A DNA stretch of 64,000 bases from an uncultured Pelagibacteraceae bacterium (lineage in GTDB: Bacteria > Pseudomonadota > Alphaproteobacteria > Pelagibacterales > Pelagibacteraceae). The stretch covers positions 9,742 to 73,741 of the forward strand of contig CACIZB010000004.1 in NCBI GenBank assembly GCA_902591025.1, in the 5' to 3' direction. The first letter of the stretch is position 1; each line of letters begins with the position of its first letter. This document shows, one piece after another, positions 59,404-64,000 of this stretch. The notes below the pieces were generated by a model, which searched no databases, was not told the origin of the DNA, and was given only the letters and a program-made list of their open reading frames with translations. The position numbers and the translations under genes were made by a program.

Positions 59404-60587
59404 TAAGCTACCAAAGTAGCTTTATTATTGTCTTTGTCGTAAAGACTCATTATTGGATTATCTTCAACTTCATAAATTTCATCAGAGAAGAAGCCATTAA
59501 ATTGTGTTCTAAATGTTAAACCATAAGCACCTAGTTGACCAAGTTCGATATAATCATTTTCTTTGATATTGTTAGGTAAAAGAAATGGACCTTTCATGTA
59601 ATCCATACTATCACAAGTGGGACCGTAAAAATCAAAAGCAGTTAATTTTTTTGAAATAATTTTATTTGAATTATCCTTAATCATTTTTGAAGGAAAAACT
59701 ATGTTTGGAGTACCTGCATCAAAAAGTGTTCCATAGGTACCATCATTAATATAAAGCTTTTGTTTTTTTTTAAGATTTATTCTGACTATTGTCGAACCAC
59801 TTTCAGCAACTAATGCTCTTCCAGGCTCACAAATAATCTCTGGTAGTTTTTTTATTTTTAAGTTTTTAAGTCCTTTTTTAATTTCATTTAAGTAACTATT
59901 TAAAGATTGTGGAATTAAATCAGGATAAATTGTCGGAAAACCACCTCCAACGTTTATATAATCAGGTATAATTTTAGTTTTCTTAATTATATTTCCTATT
60001 TCGTTTATACCTTTTGTATATGAGATTGGATGCATACATTGAGATCCAACATGAAAACTCAATCCTATTTTATTTGAATGTTGTTTTACCAATCTCAGCA
60101 AACCTGTTGCTTCAGAGTTAAGAGCCCCAAATTTTTTTGATAAATCAATTTCAGCATGTTCATTTGATACAGACACCCTTACAAACAGCTCAAGATCTTT
60201 TGCATTACCAGTACTCTCAATAATTTTTATTAATTCATCTTTTGTGTCTAGTGCAAATGTTTTAACTCCATATTTGAAATAGGCCTCTGTTATACTTTCT
60301 CTACTTTTAACAGTATGCATAAAAGAACATTTTGCCAAAAGGCTAAATTTTTTAACAGATTTTATTTCCTCGATTGAAGCAACATCAAATTGATCGATTC
60401 CACTTTTTATAAGAGTTTTAATCACTTCAGAGTGTGGGTTAGTTTTTACAGCATATAAGATTTTTCCTGGAAAGTTATTTTGAAAGAATTTTGAAGCTGA
60501 AAGAATAGATTTCTTTCTTAAACAATAAACTGGTTTTTCTGGTTTCAGTTGACTTACAAGTTCTTCAACTGACTTAAATTTTTGCAT
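59403..60587 (-). CDS. Alanine-racemase-fold (type III PLP) ornithine/arginine decarboxylase
   Basis: YAVKTNP (PLP Lys), FDVAS, FHVGSQ, GGGF, EPGR, GPTCDSMD, GAY. Confidence 0.9.
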   Translation of the reverse strand: MQKFKSVEELVSQLKPEKPVYCLRKKSILSASKFFQNNFPGKILYAVKTNPHSEVIKTLIKSGIDQFDVASIEEIKSVKKFSLLAKCSFMHTVKSRESITEAYFKYGVKTFALDTKDELIKIIESTGNAKDLELFVRVSVSNEHAEIDLSKKFGALNSEATGLLRLVKQHSNKIGLSFHVGSQCMHPISYTKGINEIGNIIKKTKIIPDYINVGGGFPTIYPDLIPQSLNSYLNEIKKGLKNLKIKKLPEIICEPGRALVAESGSTIVRINLKKKQKLYINDGTYGTLFDAGTPNIVFPSKMIKDNSNKIISKKLTAFDFYGPTCDSMDYMKGPFLLPNNIKENDYIELGQLGAYGLTFRTQFNGFFSDEIYEVEDNPIMSLYDKDNNKATLVA

Positions 60588-60662
60588 TTAATATGCCCCC
60601 TCAAAAAAAATTTAACAAAAAAAAAGCTTTTTTTATAAAAAAACTTTAATAATCGAGCAGTT

Positions 60663-60707
60663 AATTCAATAGTTATTCAAAGTAAAGCAAATAATGTCTA
60701 TTGAATT
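60663..60707. repeat. Perfect 10-bp inverted repeat in the divergent decarboxylase/regA intergenic region
   Basis: aattcaatag (60663-60672) and ctattgaatt (60698-60707), with an inner ttatt/aataa pair. Confidence 0.6.
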
Positions 60708-60734
60708 GTGGAAAAAAATGTCCATATAAAGCTT

Positions 60735-61298
60735 ATGAAAAACGAAGCACCATTGCAAAATTTAGCTGATTTTGACAACAAATCCTTGTTGATTGTCGAT
60801 GATGATAATCCATTTAGAGAGCGATTAGCTAGAGCAATGGAAAAAAAGGGCTTTGAAGTTATTCAAGCTGAGGGTGTACAAAAAGGGTTAGATTCGGTTA
60901 AAGCCAAGAAACCTGGATTCGCTGTAGTAGATCTAAGATTGAATGATGGCAACGGACTTGAAGTTGTAAAAGAAATACAAAACTCAAATTCTTCAAGTAG
61001 AATTATAATGCTAACTGGTTATGGAAATATCCCGACAGCTGTGGCTGCAATAAAAGAGGGCGCGATTGATTATTTGGCAAAACCCGCAGACGCTGATGAT
61101 GTTGAAAAAGCTTTGTTAGCAGATCCAGCTAAAAAAGCAGCTCCACCAGAAAACCCAATGTCAGCAGACAGGGTTAAATGGGAACATATTCATAGAGTTT
61201 TTGAACTTTGCAATAGAAACGTATCTGAAACAGCCAGAAGGCTAAAAATGCATAGAAGAACCTTGCAAAGAATTCTTTCTAAAAGATCTCCTAAATAA
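60735..61298 (+). CDS. regA: RegA/PrrA/ActR family redox response regulator
   Basis: Receiver domain VDDD..VDLRL.DG, LTGYGNI.TAV.A.K.GA.DYL.KP, and HTH region WEHI.RV.ELC.RNVSETARRL.MHRRTLQRIL. Confidence 0.95.
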   Translation: MKNEAPLQNLADFDNKSLLIVDDDNPFRERLARAMEKKGFEVIQAEGVQKGLDSVKAKKPGFAVVDLRLNDGNGLEVVKEIQNSNSSSRIIMLTGYGNIPTAVAAIKEGAIDYLAKPADADDVEKALLADPAKKAAPPENPMSADRVKWEHIHRVFELCNRNVSETARRLKMHRRTLQRILSKRSPK

Positions 61299-61842
61299 AT
61301 TTTCTAAAATTGAGTAACTTTTTTGCTATGATTGTGAGCAAACAAATTTTAAACGTCTCTGCTAATAAAAATGGCATAACTCCTATTTCAAAAATTGGTT
61401 TATCCCATCCAATAAGCGTACCCAACCACCAAACACCTAATAGATAAATCGTTGATACCGATAAGAGTAATTTAGCAAAAATCATAAAAAAATTATCATT
61501 TTTATTTATCAGAGAAGCTAAATAACCTGCAGAAAGAAATCCAATCAAGTAGCCCATAGTTGGACCAGTAAAATAGGCAAAGCCAACCCCCCTTTCAGGA
61601 GAATTAGAAAAAACGGGTATTCCCGCGATTCCCTCTAATAGATACAAACTAATTGTTGTTAAAGCTATCTTATATCCAAAACTAATACCAAGTAGTAGCA
61701 CTACAAATGTTTGCATTGTCATTGGGACTGGATAAAAAGGAATTTTTATTTTTGCAGATATTGCAAGAAGTAAAGATCCAAAAAATATAACAATTATTGA
61801 TTTGAAAATTTTTGCTTGAGAATTTTGCTTTATTAGTTCCAT
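61291..61842 (-). CDS. bioY: Biotin transporter BioY
   Basis: PVPMTMQTF.V, YL.EG..G.PVF, GPT.GYL.GF. Confidence 0.92.
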   Translation of the reverse strand: MELIKQNSQAKIFKSIIVIFFGSLLLAISAKIKIPFYPVPMTMQTFVVLLLGISFGYKIALTTISLYLLEGIAGIPVFSNSPERGVGFAYFTGPTMGYLIGFLSAGYLASLINKNDNFFMIFAKLLLSVSTIYLLGVWWLGTLIGWDKPIFEIGVMPFLLAETFKICLLTIIAKKLLNFRKFI

Positions 61843-61888
61843 AAAAAATAATACTCTTATTTTAGTTGAGAATCTATATTAATTTTAA

Positions 61889-64000
61889 ATGAGTAAAATA
61901 AAAAAAACAGATCATTTTTATTTAGTCGATGGTTCAGGATATATATTTAGAGCTTATTATGCATTGCCTCCTTTAACACGAAAAAGTGATGGATTACCCA
62001 CCGGAGCAGTAAGTGGTTTCTGCAGTATGCTTTTTAAACTTTTAGAAGATTCTAAATCTAACCAAAATTTACAAAAACCTACTCATTTTGCGGTAATCTT
62101 TGACTCAGCAAGAAAGACCTTCAGAAATGAAATTTATAATGATTATAAGGCAAATAGGTCAGAGGCACCTGATGATTTAGCACCTCAATTTGAATATATT
62201 AGGAAATCGGTTCTTGCGTTCAACTTACCATCAGTAGAATTAATAAATTATGAGGCAGATGATTTAATAGCAACTTATACCGACAAAATACTAAATGCAG
62301 GAGCTAAAGTAACCATCGTATCTTCTGACAAGGATTTAATGCAATTATATAGAAAAAATGTTCGTATTTACGATCCAATGAAGAATAAATTTATTTCTGA
62401 GGATGATATTCTTAATAAGTTTGGTGTTGGCTCTAGTAAAGTTATAGATGTTCAAGCTTTAGCTGGAGATAGTAGTGATAATGTTCCTGGTGTACCTGGA
62501 ATTGGTATAAAAACAGCAGCTGAATTAATTAATAAGTATGTCAATTTAGAAAACTTATTAGAGTCTGCTCATGAAATAAAACAAAACAAAAGAAGAGAAA
62601 CTCTTATAGAAAACAAAGATAAAGCTTTAATAAGCAAAAAGTTAGTAACTCTAAAACATGACGCTCCGATAAAAATAGCACCTAACGAATTTCAACTAAA
62701 AGATATTGATAAAGATAAACTTTATAAATTTTTGAGAGAGATGGAGTTTAATAGATTACTTAGCTCTGCAATTTCAGCTTATGGAGAGCCCAATCTGAGT
62801 AGTTTTAAAAAAGAGATTAAAATTGAGGATAATCAAATAAAGATAGATAGAAGTAAATATTATTTAATTAATAATCTAAATGAAATTGATGAATGGATAA
62901 AAGAAGCTGAGCAGAATGGTGAAGTTGCAGTAGACACCGAAACAAGTTCACTAGATCCTCATAATACGGATTTAATAGGCATATCATTAAGTACCAAGAT
63001 TGGAAAAGCATGTTACATACCAATTGGTCATAAAACAAAAAAAAATATAGATAAAGATAAAGTTTTAAGAAAATTAAAACCTTTATTAGAGGACTCGAGT
63101 GTAAAAAAAATTGGTCAAAATATAAAATTTGATTTTATCGTATTATATAAAAATGGAATAGATGTTAACTCAATTGAGGATACCATGCTCATGTCATACG
63201 TTCTTGATGCAGGTAAAAATAGGCATAACATGGATACATTATCAGAGATTCATTTAAATCATAAAACTGTTGCGTTTAAAGATGTTGTTGGTTCTGGAAA
63301 AAGAGAAATAAATTTTAGCCAAGTTGATATTGAAAAGGCTAAAGATTATGCAGCAGAGGATGCTGATATAACTTTAAGATTATATAAAAAATTTTTCAAA
63401 AGTTTGAAGGAAGAAAAAATGTTAAATATTTACGAAATTTTTGAGAAACCTATGATTAAAATTTTGGCCTTTATGGAAATTCAAGGAATTAAAATCGATT
63501 ATAAATTTCTAAAGACTCTTTCTTTAAAATTTGAAAAAAAAATTGATAAGATTCAAAAAGATGTTTTCAAAATATCAAATAAAGAATTCAATATCGCATC
63601 TCCAAAACAGCTTGGTGAAATTTTGTACAATGATCTTAAAATTGCAGATCTAAAAAAAACAAAAAAGGGGAGCTTTGCTACAAGTGCATCAGTCCTGGAG
63701 GATCTCGCTTTTAAAGGGCATAAGTTTCCACAATTAATTTTAGATTGGAGGCAGGTTTCGAAACTAAAAAATACATATTCAGACTCTCTACCTGAACATA
63801 TTAATCCAAATTCAAAAAGAGTTCATACTTCTTTTTTGCTTGCAGCTACTACCACAGGAAGATTAGCTTCTAGCGATCCTAACCTACAAAATATTCCAAT
63901 CAAATCCCAAGATGGCAAAGATATTAGAAAAGCATTTATTGCTGAAAAAGATCATGTTTTAATTTCAGCTGACTATAACCAAATTGAAATGAGAATTTTA
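61889..64000 (+). CDS. polA: DNA polymerase I (3' end outside window; absent from the ORF track)
   Basis: Read by hand from ATG61889: MSKIKKTDHFYLVDGSGYIFRAYYA, EADDLIA, GDSSDNVPGVPGIG.KTA, exonuclease motif VDTETSSL, TGRLASSDPNLQNIP and SADYNQIEMRI. Confidence 0.97.
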   Translation, partial: MSKIKKTDHFYLVDGSGYIFRAYYALPPLTRKSDGLPTGAVSGFCSMLFKLLEDSKSNQNLQKPTHFAVIFDSARKTFRNEIYNDYKANRSEAPDDLAPQFEYIRKSVLAFNLPSVELINYEADDLIATYTDKILNAGAKVTIVSSDKDLMQLYRKNVRIYDPMKNKFISEDDILNKFGVGSSKVIDVQALAGDSSDNVPGVPGIGIKTAAELINKYVNLENLLESAHEIKQNKRRETLIENKDKALISKKLVTLKHDAPIKIAPNEFQLKDIDKDKLYKFLREMEFNRLLSSAISAYGEPNLSSFKKEIKIEDNQIKIDRSKYYLINNLNEIDEWIKEAEQNGEVAVDTETSSLDPHNTDLIGISLSTKIGKACYIPIGHKTKKNIDKDKVLRKLKPLLEDSSVKKIGQNIKFDFIVLYKNGIDVNSIEDTMLMSYVLDAGKNRHNMDTLSEIHLNHKTVAFKDVVGSGKREINFSQVDIEKAKDYAAEDADITLRLYKKFFKSLKEEKMLNIYEIFEKPMIKILAFMEIQGIKIDYKFLKTLSLKFEKKIDKIQKDVFKISNKEFNIASPKQLGEILYNDLKIADLKKTKKGSFATSASVLEDLAFKGHKFPQLILDWRQVSKLKNTYSDSLPEHINPNSKRVHTSFLLAATTTGRLASSDPNLQNIPIKSQDGKDIRKAFIAEKDHVLISADYNQIEMRIL

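Overview
This is an AT-rich (about 30% GC by eye), gene-dense core-genome segment of an alphaproteobacterium. Gene order, protein sequences and tiny intergenic spacers point to SAR11 / 'Ca. Pelagibacter'. On the + strand, a long run goes ffh-rpsP-trmD-rplS-leuCDB, a DMSP demethylation cluster (dmdC-dmdB-alpha/beta hydrolase-dmdA), asd, sdhCDAB, mmsA, mdh-sucCDAB-lpd, priA and atpHAGDC. A - strand block holds metXW, gloB, rplU-rpmA-obg-proBA-nadD-rsfS-ctpA-rppH. The rest contains hisC-tyrA, trkH (frameshifted)-ampG-NlpC/P60, class I lysS-pyrD, rpmB-yhhQ, a four-gene polyamine operon, regA, bioY and the 5' part of polA. Two structured RNAs are visible: an ffh leader motif and a SAM-II riboswitch upstream of metX. 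I saw no tRNA, rRNA, CRISPR array, prophage or IS element. The best candidates for something new are the polyamine operon with a deoxyhypusine-synthase-like gene, the uncharacterised hydrolase inside the dmd cluster, and the homopolymer frameshift in trkH. All calls come from reading motifs; no searches were run.
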